From: Eledone cirrhosa
Taxonomy: Eukaryota
Reading direction: 5' to 3'
Length of the DNA: 64,000 nucleotides
Assembly (NCBI GenBank): GCA_964016885.1
Contig: OZ024743.1
Location: forward strand, 59,396,001 to 59,460,000
Of the stretch, positions 42,001 through 54,128 are shown piece after piece; position 1 is the first letter of the stretch; every line of letters starts with the position of its first letter. A program made the position numbers and the translations under genes. The notes under the pieces are model-generated. The model worked only from the letters and a program-made list of their open reading frames with translations, ran no database searches and was not told the DNA's origin.

Positions 42001-42428
42001 TCAGCGGGGCATGTCCGAGATGCGCGCAGGGCGACGAAACCGTCCTGCACGCACTCTTCCAGTGTCCGAGCATTGCTGACTTGTGGGTTTATATCGAACA
42101 CCTGCTGTCACGTGTAGGACGGATCCGGCTATCAGCTGAGACCATCGTGAGGATTGCCCCGCCCTCTTCTTTTAGCCGAGAAGGGCAGGCAGTTTTTATC
42201 TGTCTGGTGGCCATGGCGAAAGAGATAGTGTGGTGGACACGTTTGAAAGGGCTGAAGACGAGCACTTACCTCTTCCGTGATGCCCTGATTAACTTTTTCA
42301 AATTTCATTTGAAAAGGAAAATCAGGGTAGAGGGGGAAGTGCTCTCTTCCCAGCATTTTGTTGAAAGATGGGTGAGAGAAGCAAGTATGGCCCGAGTGAA
42401 TCAGCATACTCTGAGCATGTGTCTGTAA
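39027..42428 (+). pseudogene. Tx1-1 ORF2 (APE, RT, CCHC), disrupted
   Basis: Fragments align with the less disrupted ORF2 at 44874-47911. Confidence 0.88.
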
Positions 42429-42700
42429 ATTAAAGGTGGAAAACTGGGAGAGGGCACTTGCCCTGGTGGACAGGGTCACTGTGGCCTTTTAATGGGCTTT
42501 CTCCACAAATGTCCCTCGGAAGTCTCCCCCCTATTGGGGAATTTTTCATTGTTATTTTTTTATTACATCCTCTGTTTTTTTTTACACGCAGAAATGCCCA
42601 TTTGTACCGTCCTCTATTGTCCTGTACTGTCCTTAATGTCTACTTTTTGTAGACCCTTGTGGTTACTAAAGAAAGTATTATTATTATTATTTTTATTATT

Positions 42701-45700
42701 GGTCTAAGTGGACGTATTTTGCTCGCTCGCAGTAAGTCGCTTTATTTGCCTGTTTAAATTATTTGTTGTTAAATATTTATTGTTGTGTAAGGGATATAAA
42801 GCCCTTAGACTTTGCCCCGTGAAGGGGAAAGTATAATATTTGGGCCTTTTGGCCCAAACATTTGAACTTTTTTTTACATGTTAAAAAATTTACGAAGAAA
42901 AAAAACATGGCTGAGCCACGCCCCCAGCGATGTGTCGGCTGTCGTGCGACAACGACGTAGAAGTTGAGAGGAGCGCTACAGCGAAATTAACACACATTGA
43001 TAACACAAACACCACCACAAACAAGGTAAACAAAGACACCAATGATACCAATAAGAATTCTAATTTTGAAAAAAATGACAGTAACAGCGACAACGAAAAT
43101 ACAGATAATAAAAAAAACAAAAACAAATACAACAACAATATCAATACCACTAACATGAAAACAAATAGCGACAACACCAACAGCAACAATACCAACTGCA
43201 CCGAGAACAACGGTGGCAACAAAGACAACAATGATAACAGCGACAGTGCAAACAACAACACCAACAAGAACAACGTCATCAACACCCCCAACGAAAACAA
43301 TACCACTTTCGCTGCGGCAGCAGCAAAAAAGAGGCCACGCTTCAACATGGACCTCTCAAACAAAGATGAAAAGTTGGCCCAGGCATGGAAGCTCATCAAG
43401 CAAGAGCAACCTTGGGCCAACTTAACTGTGCCGGTAGAAGCTTTTGAGGCAGTGGAGCGCAAAACGGTGCATTATAGATGCATCTCAGCACAAACCAAAA
43501 GGGCAGCGTTAATCCCACAAGAAGATATCGAAGTCGCGCTGAGGTGCATCAGAGAAGACACCCAGTACATAGAGAGGTGCAGACAGTATGGCACCATTTC
43601 GGTGTTATTCAAGTCAGAAGCCCTCGCCATGAAACACGCTATGACTCCTTGCAAAACCAGCAAGGTCATAATGTACCCCTCCCACATGGGAAAAAGAACG
43701 GCCCGTTTTTGCATTCCCAGAATCCCACCAGGACTTGACATGTGGTGGCTTCTGGGATGTGTGATTGTGGAGGGGACGGATACAGTCCCTATAGAAGTGA
43801 CTAGAACGGCCAGAGAGGACTGGTCCGGAGTTGACCTGGAGATCCTTCCCCAGATCAGGCCCGAGAATGTGAAGACAATCCCAGACCACATCCGCCTTCA
43901 GAATGGGACTGTCATTCACATTATGACCGAAGGCAAAAAGCCGCAGTATTTTGTTTGTGGGGAAAAAACCCATTGGCGAGCCTTCTTCCCTCAACTGCTG
44001 AAAGAGGCAAGGGGTCGAAAGGCTCCACTGCTGCCGACGCCGGGGCGAGGACCACAACCAACACCTGCACCACCGACATTGACCACCCAGGGGGAAAACG
44101 AGGAAAGCTGTCAAATCCCCCCCCCCCCCCCAATACACACACCAATAAAACCTTAAACATACATACAGACACACTTACAGACACAGACCCCTTCTACCAG
44201 TAGTGAAAATGAGGGAAATCCCAAATCCCCCAAAATACAAAAAAAGGAAACACAAAAAGAAAAAAAAAACTCAACAAAGCACAAAAGCATCCACAATAAA
44301 AAAAACGCAGACACCACCCACGCAAACATCTCTCCAATAACACCAACATCAACACCACCATCACCATCACCAGAATCTCCCAAACGCAAACAACCGAAAC
44401 AGACGCAATAACAAATATACACACAAACATCTGAAACCACAGACACCGCACTCACAACAAACACAGATACAACCGAAACAAGACCACCAAAACCATCACC
44501 ACCACAGCCACGCAAACAAATTAAATCACACCAACAAAACATAGAAAACTTCGTGCTCGTCAGGAGGGCCAACAAGGAACTGATGGCCCTCGTTGCACGA
44601 AGTGAAAATATACAAAAAGAGGGGGACATTTTTAAATCGAGCACATTTCGCGTGCCGGAAGATTTGGTTCTGGTGCGAATGTCGCTCGACATATTCAAAG
44701 AAATACGAGACAGCTTTCCTCGGGACGTGGGAACCCAGAACGTAAACCCACTTCAAGACTTTTAAAGGGGTTCCCAAAAGAAACCCCACTAACTATGGAG
44801 GTCGAACAACCCGACCTTCACAAGGGCCCGGAAGGTAAGTAAACCTTCCTTTCTCTCTATTTAACCTGCCAACATGGCCGTATTAAGAGTAGGATGTTTA
44901 AATGTTCGAGGCCTGGGATCGTCCTGGAAGCAGGGTCACCTGCTCAACGACCTCAGGTCTATAGAAATGGATGTAATTGCAGTCAGCGAGACCAGGATTT
45001 CCGACACGCGCCCACTAGCACCCATTTTCGACGACTATCAGATCTTTGCATCTGTTAGCCGGCCGGGAATTGGAGGCGGGGTGGCAGTGCTGTTTAGGAA
45101 AGGCCTGGATCTCGAGGTAAGGTCGATCTTCCGGGACCCGGACGGGAAGTTGGTGGTCCTGGACGTGAACAATAATGAAGGTGGTGCCTTTAGACTGGTG
45201 GCCGTCTATGGTCCTACTGGGGCAGGACGGCCGGACTTCTTTAGACGCCTGGAAGCCTTTCTGGGAACGTCTCGCCCATCACTGTTAGCGGGGGATTGGA
45301 ACGGCATCTTAGACGCACGCTGGGACTGTGTGAGAGTATCCGATAGGAGCGTGGGGTGCAAAAGCCTCAAGAACCTGATCAGCCAGTTCCAACTGTCTGA
45401 CAGATACCGACTAGATTTCCCCAATGCGCCAGTGTGGACCTGGGCTAACCGCATAGGGTCATCTAGATCGTATATAGACAGGATATTCATTAGGAAAATA
45501 GACAGAAATAGTGTAAGCTGTCCACGTTTTGAAACGGTCGCCTATTCAGATCACAAGTTTGTGATCTGTATGGTTGACCTAGATAAGACGCGTAGGTTAG
45601 GACCTGGTTGCTGGAAGCTAAACATCTCATTTCCGGCACGTAAGGCTTACTGGGACCAGGTCAACAATTTAGTTAAGAAAAAGTTGACAGGGGGAGTCGT

Positions 45701-48183
45701 CAACAATAGATGGTGGGGAGCTCTCAAAAGTGAGATTAGAGTAATGTCGATAGAGTTTAGCAAAGAAGTAGCATTAGAGAAAAATAGAAAGGAGGGGGAG
45801 TTGGTAGATAAGTTAGACGAGGCTATTGGTAGTGGCATTGCAACTGACGTGCTAGCGGCGAGAATTGCATTAGACCATTTCTTCAATGCGAAACACGAAG
45901 GTTGCATTGTCAGAGCTAAGGCGCGTGCTCTGAGAAATGAGGGAACCAAAGCTGTTCGATGGGCCCGCGTGGCAGAGGCGCAGCGTGGTAATAAAACCAC
46001 GATTCGGTCATTGACGTACCGAGACGGGCACGAGCTAAGCAATTCCAAGAGGATGTGTGAGGCCTTTCGTCAACATTTTGCTTGGTTGTTCGGGGGAAGT
46101 TGCGGGTCAGAGATGGTGGCGGACTTCAGTCCCTACCTCGATGGCTTGCCGCAACTCTCGACCGCTGACGCTGGGCGCGCGAAAGGCCAATTACTTCAGC
46201 CGAGATTCAGGATGCCGTTGTAGGCTGCATGAGGCGCAAGTCACCGGGTTTGGATGGTCTGCCCTACGTGCTTTACGTAAATATGCAAGACTTGTTCTCC
46301 AATCTCCTCGAAGCCCTCTACTGCAACTGGCAGCAAAACGGGAGTATTCCCAGTTCTGTGAGCCGGGGCGTAGTGACGCTGATAAGGAAAGACGAGAACA
46401 AGAGGGACACATTAGACAATTTCAGGCCCATAACTCTGCTCAACACAGAGTTTAAGATTTTGGCCAGGGTGTTAGCGAAGAGGTTGGCGCTTGTCGTCGG
46501 GGATTTGGTTGGGGAGGCGCAAACTTGTGCAATCCCAACCAGGTCCATACACGACAACATCCACCTAATGCGATACATCATAGAGAGGGTAGGGTGTAAA
46601 CCTGGCTTCGGTGGGGCTCTAATCAATTTAGATCAATCGAAAGCATTCGATAGGGTCGACCATCTGTACCTGGAGGCTGTCCTCAAGGCGGCTGGCTTCG
46701 GCCCCGTCTTTAGAAGCTGGATCGCTGCAATGCACAGCGGCACCTGCTCGATGGTCAAAATTAATGGCCACCTCTCGGAACCGTTTCAGGTCTCCCGATC
46801 TGTCCGTCAAGGGTGCCCTCTCTCCTCCCTTCTGTACGTATTGACTCACGAGCCTTTACTGCGGAAGCTGGAGCTGTTGCATGGCATCCCACTCGAACCG
46901 GGACGCGGAAAGGCTGTGTCGGCTTATGGGGACGACATCACCGTGATGGTGTCGGACACCTCAGAAATCGAGGTGGTTGGCAACTTATTGGAGGAATATG
47001 AAAGGTTGACGGGAGCAAAACTTAACCCGGAAAAGTCAGCAGGCTTGCAACTCGGCACCTGGAGAGGCAAGTCCATGCCGTCCAACAGCGTCGTTAGGCG
47101 CTGGACGGACGGACCGGTAAAGGTGCTAGGGGTTTGGTTCGGGCCAGACCTCCAGGTGCATAAGAATTAGGACGAGGTGACGGGCAGGGTAGTCAGTCTC
47201 ACCCAGAAATGGGCTGGGATGAAGCTATCACTGAAAGGTCGGGCAGAGGTGGCGAACGCGTACATCGTGTCCGTCATCTACTACCGTCTGACTGTCGTCC
47301 GTTTCCCCCATTCGCGCCTCCCCATCTTGGAGCGGCTCCTGTTCAAATTCTGTGGATGGGTCAGGTTCCGCTGTTGAAGCGGTCCATCTGCTGGCAGCAC
47401 CCTCTATGTGGAGGGCTGGGCATGCCGTGGCTAATGATGCGCAGGCACGCGCTGAGGCTGCGGCATCTCCAGATATTCTGCCTAAACGGTGAACAGGTGT
47501 GGTCGCCGTTTGTCAGACGGGCCTCCCCGCAGCTCGTTTCTTTGATTGAGTTGCAGTCCTGGGTCAAGAAGAGACCGAGACTGGGTGATTGCATCTGGAA
47601 TGTTGCCAAGCACTCACTGCCCTCTACCAGGCGGGCAATGCGGTCAGTGGAACTTCCACTCTCGAGTTCTATAGAGGATTAGTGGTGGGCAAGTGCGACG
47701 ACGCACTCGGAGAGGCTCTGGGAGTCAACGAAGTCGAACTAACCAGTCTGTACCGGAGAACAATCCCTCATCAACTTTTTCAAGTTTCACTTGGAAAGGA
47801 AGACGAGGGTGGAGAGAGAAGTGCTGCCCCCCCAGTACATTTGCTGAAAGGTGGGTGAATGTGGCGAGAATGGCCCGTGTGAGTGGGCCTACTCCGGTCA
47901 TGCGGCTGTAGGTAGGTAAATTTGAAGAGGAGAGGGGTGCTCTTCCAGGGTGCTCTTGAAGCGTCGGGTCGTTCAGAACTGGTGGGGTACCTGAGCGAAC
48001 CCTAGGTGGTCATCCCCCCTATTGGGGAATTTTTCTTGTTGTAATTTTCTTGTCACTTTATGGTTACTTTGTTATTGTTACTTTGTTTATTCATATTGTT
48101 TACTCGATTTTTTTGTAAAACCCCACTGTCCCAGTCTTTTGTATTGTCCCCTATATGTCGGTCCTTGTGGCCAATAAATGAAA

Positions 48184-48217
<34 letters not shown>

Positions 48218-48220
48218 CAT
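42701..48220 (+). mobile_element. L1/Tx1-clade LINE, near full length (Tx1-2, different family), head-to-tail after Tx1-1
   Basis: ORF1 42930-44843 (Asn-rich N-terminus, EDWSG, YFVCGEKTHWRAFF decayed knuckle, PLLPTP). ORF2 44874-47911. (ATT)n tail from 48186. Confidence 0.93.
44874..47911 (+). pseudogene. Tx1-2 ORF2 (APE and RT; C-terminal CCHC deleted)
   Basis: 44874-46223 APE (LNVRG, SET, GDWN, YIDR, SDH); 46229-47170 RT (KSPGLDG, SVRQGCPLS, AYGDD); stop at 47168-47170; frameshifts near 46180 and 47345. Confidence 0.9.
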
Positions 48221-48221
48221 T

Positions 48222-50655
48222 ATCCGGTATTGTTCTGGAAGATATTATACCGACACTATACCAAAAGAGCGAGTCATAGCCAATGGGAAAATGTCCTTTG
48301 GGTCTTTCCTTCTCCTTCATCTTTCCAACAGACTCCTTAGAATTCTTTCTGTTCCCAGCAAGGAAGTCTTTTGCATCAGTCCAGTCCAGATATTAATTCC
48401 TACTTTCTCAAGCCATACATCCAACCTTCTACTAACTGCTCCCTGTGCACCAACCATAATCGGTACCTCTTCTTCGTATCTGATTCTCCATAGGTTCCTG
48501 ATTTCTCTCTTCAGCTCCTGTTATTTCGTTACTTTCTCACTTACCTTCTCATTCACCCTGTGGTGCACTGGTGAAGCAATATCTCTCTATATATAAAACG
48601 GTAGGTGTCTGTCTGTGTGTGTGTTTATGATTTTTATGCATTTCCACATTTCTCTACCGATTTTGATGAACTTTTTTCCAATGTGCTCCAAATTTACCAG
48701 GGCAGGTCAACGCGTAATTATTCTTGCCAAACGTTTCCTGCTTCTATGAAAAAAAATCGATAAAACTAAATTCATGCTGTAACCCTCTCTCTTACACGAT
48801 TCATTCCTCTCACTACTACCATCAAAATATATGAAACTACATACATGTTGTAACTCTCTTTAAAAGGTTCATCTTTTCCTCTACTCCACTCTCAATCTCC
48901 TCTGGAACTCTCTTCAAAAGGTTCATCATTCTCTCTACTCCTCCCTCAATCTCCTCTGCAACTTTCTTTAAAAGGTTACTGCCTCCGTCTACTACCCTTT
49001 GCAGTTTAGAACAGCGACAAAACTTCTTTTAAAGGAACGCGACACAAACTTTAAAACCTAAGCAACAAACAGTTATAACGACACTCATACATCAAATATA
49101 AAAAAATAAAAAGCCGATAACACTAAATACATACTGCTCCCTCAACGTTACATTTTACACATTTACATTTTACATCAAATAACAAATATTCAAAAGCAAC
49201 AGATGAATTTATAAATAAACAAACGTAACAATAACGACGCTTAAGCATTTATTTACATGATTCTCAACAAAGACATTATATTTTATTGTTGTCCTTTTTG
49301 TAATTTTCTTTCTTTGTTTTTCTCAATATGAGACAAAAAATTGAGAAAACTTTTTTCACGGGATTTTATTCAAAGTCGGGACAATTATTGCTTTTTGTCA
49401 GGAGAAGGTCATGAAGCAAACAATTTCAAATCAATCAACAATAAGGGCAAAGATCGATCATAACCATTCCCCTCTCTATAATTTAACTGATTTACTCTCT
49501 CTGTCGTTCTTCAATCCCTATATAACAACACTGCAGAGAGAGAAACAATGTATATGATCAAATGGAGCATTCCGTATATTCCCGCTCTCTATAATTTAAC
49601 TGCTTTACTCTCTCTGTCGCTCTTCACTCACTATATGACAACATCCTCAAGGGATGACATGCAATATCGTCTACAAAGAGGTGCGATAGATGCTGGTGCA
49701 GGTGTTGGAGGTGTTGGAGCTATACCGTCTGGAAAACTGGTAGGTTCACACATAGCGGACATATCTGACACCCAGCGGCATCAGGGCCACCATCTTGCAA
49801 CTTTGGTCTACTAAATTCGCTATTGGAAGATTATGAACCCATCGTTGATTGTCCAAAATGCTAATTGGTTCGTAACTATTAATAAGCGGTTCAACTGCTT
49901 TATGCACTTAATTAATAAGCTTATGCGCTTTCAAGCTACGTTTACCCGTATGTAACTTTTCATAGCAAATGAACAAACCCTAGCAACGCCGGGCTATATT
50001 GCTAGTCCACAATACCCGCCTTGCTATTCACCTTTTCTGCGACAACAATGCCGGGCTTTCTAGCCACGATGAAATGGTCACACTGGATGGTCATGTCCTA
50101 TAAGGTCTTATACTCTTCATTTTCAGCCACCCTTTCCGGTTGGTGTTCATACTTCTCACTTCTCCTCATCTCATACTTAGGACAGAGTTTCCCATGAACC
50201 AATCTGGCAATGCTGTCGTACCTTCTCTTGTACTATTTCTTGGCTAGCATCTTACATTCCCTAATACTGTGGTTTATTATCTCATCTTTCTCCACACACA
50301 GCCTACAAAGTGAGGAATTCACTGACCTGTCAATTTTGAACTTGATATTGTTCGTTCTCAGAGCCTGTTCTTAGGCTGCAAAAATAAGGGCCTCAGTTTC
50401 AACTTTTACGTAACTTTTCTCGTCTTTATCCAGATCCTATATTTGTCAACAGTCTCAGGCATTTCACGAACGAATTGACAATATATTGTTTTTCTTCCAT
50501 TTATTCAATGAGTCATTCTCTCTGTCTTGTTTAAATACTCCATTTTCCTTTGCCCTATCACTGATTGGGACTGTTATCTTTTTTACTCCTGCAATCAAGC
50601 TCTCCTTTGAATTCTTTACATACCATGCCAGAATGTTTTCCTTTGACTTCACTCG
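48222..50655 (-). mobile_element. R4/Dong family D 3' fragment, split by a Helitron
   Basis: KVETEALIFAA, CRLCVEKDEIINHSIREC, ARKPGIV, IVD|IASP across the Helitron, VPIMVGAQG, MQKTSLLGTERILRSLLER*. Confidence 0.82.
48582..50005 (+). mobile_element. Non-autonomous Helitron (1424 bp)
   Basis: Begins TCTCTCTATATATAAAAC and ends ccctagcaacgccggg-ctatattg-CTAG. Inserted between A48581 and T50006 with no TSD. Removing it restores the Dong frame IVDIASP. Internal ~55-bp repeats (48780-49035) and ~110-bp repeat (49465-49650). Confidence 0.9.
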
Positions 50656-50661
50656 AAATAG

Positions 50662-53173
50662 TTATGCGGGCCTTGACGTGTGTAGTCGTCAACAACAAAT
50701 AGTGGTTTGCTCTGAAATGGGTGATTAGAATATAATCCATTAGGTTCATAAGGCGTTAAGAATTGAGAAAAATGGAGCAGAGGGAGAACTAGTTAGAATC
50801 TCAGACGAGGCGCTTAGGACAGACATCTCAACCGACTTGCTTGCGGTGAAATTGGCCCTTGACTAATACTTCAATGCAAAGCATGAAGGCTGCGTTATCA
50901 GTGCTCGGGCGTGTGCTCTCGGAAACGAGGGGACGAAAGCTGTTCGATGGGCCTGAGGGGCGGAGTGGCTGAGGGGCAACAAAACCACGATCCGGCCTAA
51001 GGAGGACTACGACGGGTGCATGTTACTCGATCCCGGGGAAATGTGTGCGTCTTTTCAGCGACACTTCGGTCAGCTATTCGGAGGCAGCGGGCTGCCGGAA
51101 CGCGGGATAGACTTTAGTGCCTAATTTCATGGACTGCTGCGGCGCTCGGCCACTGATGCGAAGTGTTGCGAAAAGCCGATAACAGCCACTGAAGTACCGG
51201 AGGCAATGACTGACTCACGAAGGGTAAATCGCCTGGTTGGGATGGTCTTCCCGTACGAGCTTTACGTTCACATGCCAGTCTTGATCAGTGACCACTTGGC
51301 GTACGTATACTACATCTGGCAGCAGAATGGGAGAATTCCCAACTCTGTGAGTCGAGGAGCGGTGGTGCTGCTGAGAAAGTACCCGAAGAGGGGGACAACA
51401 TTGATAATTTCAGGCCCATAACTCTGCTAGACGCAGAGTTCAGGATTTCGACCAAGGTTCTTTCAAAGATGTTGGTGCTTGTCGTCGGTGGTCTGGTGGG
51501 AGAGGCGCAGACATGCGCCATTACAGACAGTTGGATCCGCGACAACCTCCACCTCATGCGACATATCGTGCAGAGGGTAGCTAGGGTAGTTGGCCACCTT
51601 TCGGAACCGTTCAACATCATGCGTTCGGTCCGCCAAGGATGTCCCCTCTCTTCCCTTTTATTCGTATTGATTTTTGGGCAATTACTGCACAGACTGGAGA
51701 TGTTGAGAGGCGTCGCACGTGAACTGGGATGCGGGAGAACCGTGTCAGCATATGCTGACAACGTCAGCGCAGTGATGTCGAGCGCTAAAAATATCGAGAC
51801 GTAGACAGAAGCAATGATTAGCTAGGAAAAGTCGGTGGGCCTGCGGTTCGGCACCTGCAGAAGCACGTCCAAGCTGTCCAACTGCGTCGTCGGGAGCTAG
51901 ACGGACGGACCGGCTACATTCCTAGGCGTCTGGGATGAGGTGACGAGCAGGATGGACTCTCTCACCCAGAAATGGGCCCATATGAAGCTATACCGGAAAG
52001 TTCGAGCGGAGGTGGTGAATGTGTACAGCGCGTCCATCATGGACTACCACCTGACTGTCGTGCCTTGTCCTAAGCCTCGCTTTTTTGCTTTTTGTAGAAG
52101 TGACGCGCTCCAATGGTCAGGCGCTCCATCTGCTGTCAACACCTGATACGCAGAGGGTTGAGCATGCCGTGGCCGATGATGTGCAAACATACATTCAGGC
52201 TACAGCATCTCTACCTCTTCCTCGAGGTGGAACAGGTGTGATCGCCGTTTGCGAGACGCGTTTTACACCATTTCGTCTCATTGAAGGAGCTGCAGTCCCG
52301 GCCCAAACGAAAACCGAGATGGGGCGCTTGGAGAATGGAATTTCTTCAGGCGCTCACAGCCGGGCGATGCGATCGGTGGTAACTCTACTTTGGTGTTCTA
52401 GAAAGGGCTAGAAGGGGGGGGGGGGGGGCGGGAGAAGGACGACGTACTTGGGGATACTCTGGGTATTGACGAAAGCTAACTAGCTATTCTCTTCGGGAGG
52501 ACTTTCGCTCCGGCCACGAGACCATCCTGCACGCACTGATCCAGTTTCCGAGCATTGATGACTTGTGGGTTTATGTCGAACACCTGCTGTCACGTGTAGG
52601 ACGGAGCCGGCTATCAGCTTAGTCCATCGTGAGGATTGCACCGCCGCCTTCCTTTAGTAGGGCATGGCAGGCAGTTTTTATCTGCCTGGTTGCTATGGTA
52701 AAAGAGATTATATGGTGGACGCGTATGAAAGGATTGAAGACGCGTACTTTCGTCTTCGGAGACGCCCGCATTAATTCTTTCAGGTTTTACCTGAAAAGGA
52801 AAATAAGGTAGAGAGGGAAGTGCTGCCTTCCAGCCAGATTGTTAAAAGGTGGGTGAGAGAGGCAAGAATGGCGCGTGTGAATGGGCCTACTATGAGCGTG
52901 TGCCTGTAGCACCGTAGGAGGAAAACTGGAAGAGGGCACTTGCCCTAGCGGTCAGGGTTAATCGTGGCTATTTTGTGGGCTTTCTCCACGAGTGACACTC
53001 GGAAGTGTACCCCCTATTGGTGAATTTTTCATTGTTTCTTTTTTGTTACATCCTCTGTTTTTGTTATTTTTACACGCAGAAATGCCCATTTGTACCGTCT
53101 TGTATTGTCCTTAATGTTATACTCTGTGACAACCCTTGTGGCTAATAAAGAAAGCATTATTATTATTATTATT
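50662..53173 (+). mobile_element. Tx1-3: 5'-truncated, decayed relative of Tx1-1
   Basis: Colinear with 39825-42690 with internal deletions. SVRQGCPLS, AYADN. Same 3' UTR and (ATT)n tail. Confidence 0.88.
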
Positions 53174-53174
53174 A

Positions 53175-54062
53175 CAGTTGCATTTATCTTGCTTTATGTT
53201 CATACGAGTTATCACCAAGTCACAACCAGTGACCTCAAGAGACAACAAGGTCCGCCATGTTCCAGAAAGAACATACATACTCACACATGCATCTTTAGTG
53301 TTTAGACTTGTGATGTACTTATATTGACAGAATCTTCCTTAGTATATGGGCAGTTCCCATTAATACTATCTTTTGTATTTCTCCTATACGCGGGTTTCCT
53401 GGGATCTGCGATAAGTAATCATTAGACCCCTTAGGTATCATTCAGTGAGCGCCCACAACCACTGGTATTGTTTTAGTTCTCAATTTCCACATTTTTCCAA
53501 TTTCTATCTCCAGGTCCTTATACTTGCTCAATTTGTCAAATGTTTTTATAGATACATTCTTGTCTATTGGATCGGACATATCAATTAGCAGGCATACCCT
53601 CTTTTTAAAGTCCTTCAATATTATATCAAGTCTATTTGCATCTATTTTTCGGTCTGTTTGGATGCTAAAGTTCCACAAGATTGAGATGTGATCTTTTTCA
53701 AGTATGAGAGGTGGTTGATGCTCCCACCAATTCTTTTGATGGGCCAGGTCAAAATGCTTACACATTATCCAATGTATGTATTGTGCAGCTCTGTCATGCC
53801 TGTTTAGGTATTCGGTTGGAGCTATAGGACTGCACATTGAAATTATATGGTCAATGGTCTCTGGTTGTTTTTTGCACACACGGCATAATGGGCTGCATCC
53901 ATATTTTATTATGTTGGCTTGATAATTTTTTGTTGGCAGACACTGATCTAGTGCTGATATAATCAGTCCTTCAGTCTCCGATTTCATTCCAGAGGATGCC
54001 AACCACTGATGGGTTAAAGTTTTGTCAACATCAGGATTGTTAGCTCGTTCTGGGTATTTTCC
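53175..54062 (-). mobile_element. R4/Dong family B, short 5'-truncated copy
   Basis: GKYPERAN...CRVCKKQPETIDHIISMC...RHD...IDMSDP. Its 5' end is fused to the (TAA)n tail of the next copy. Confidence 0.9.
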
Positions 54063-54089
54063 ATTATTATTATTATTATTATTATTATG

Positions 54090-54128
<39 letters not shown>

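Larger units (their letters stand above)
36805..42700 (+). mobile_element. L1/Tx1-clade LINE, near full length (Tx1-1), between (ATT)n tracts
   Basis: ORF1 about 37175-38992 with CVVCGEGTHLRAFC knuckle. ORF2 39027-42428 with APE (INARG, SET, GDWN, YLDR, TDH), RT (NFRPITLLN, DQSKAFD, SVRQ, AYADD) and CPRC...ETVLHALFQC. Many stops and frameshifts. Confidence 0.92.

Noticed and set aside
48780-49035. CRISPR-like periodic repeats
   Set aside because: Diverged tandem units without unique spacers, inside a Helitron in eukaryotic DNA.
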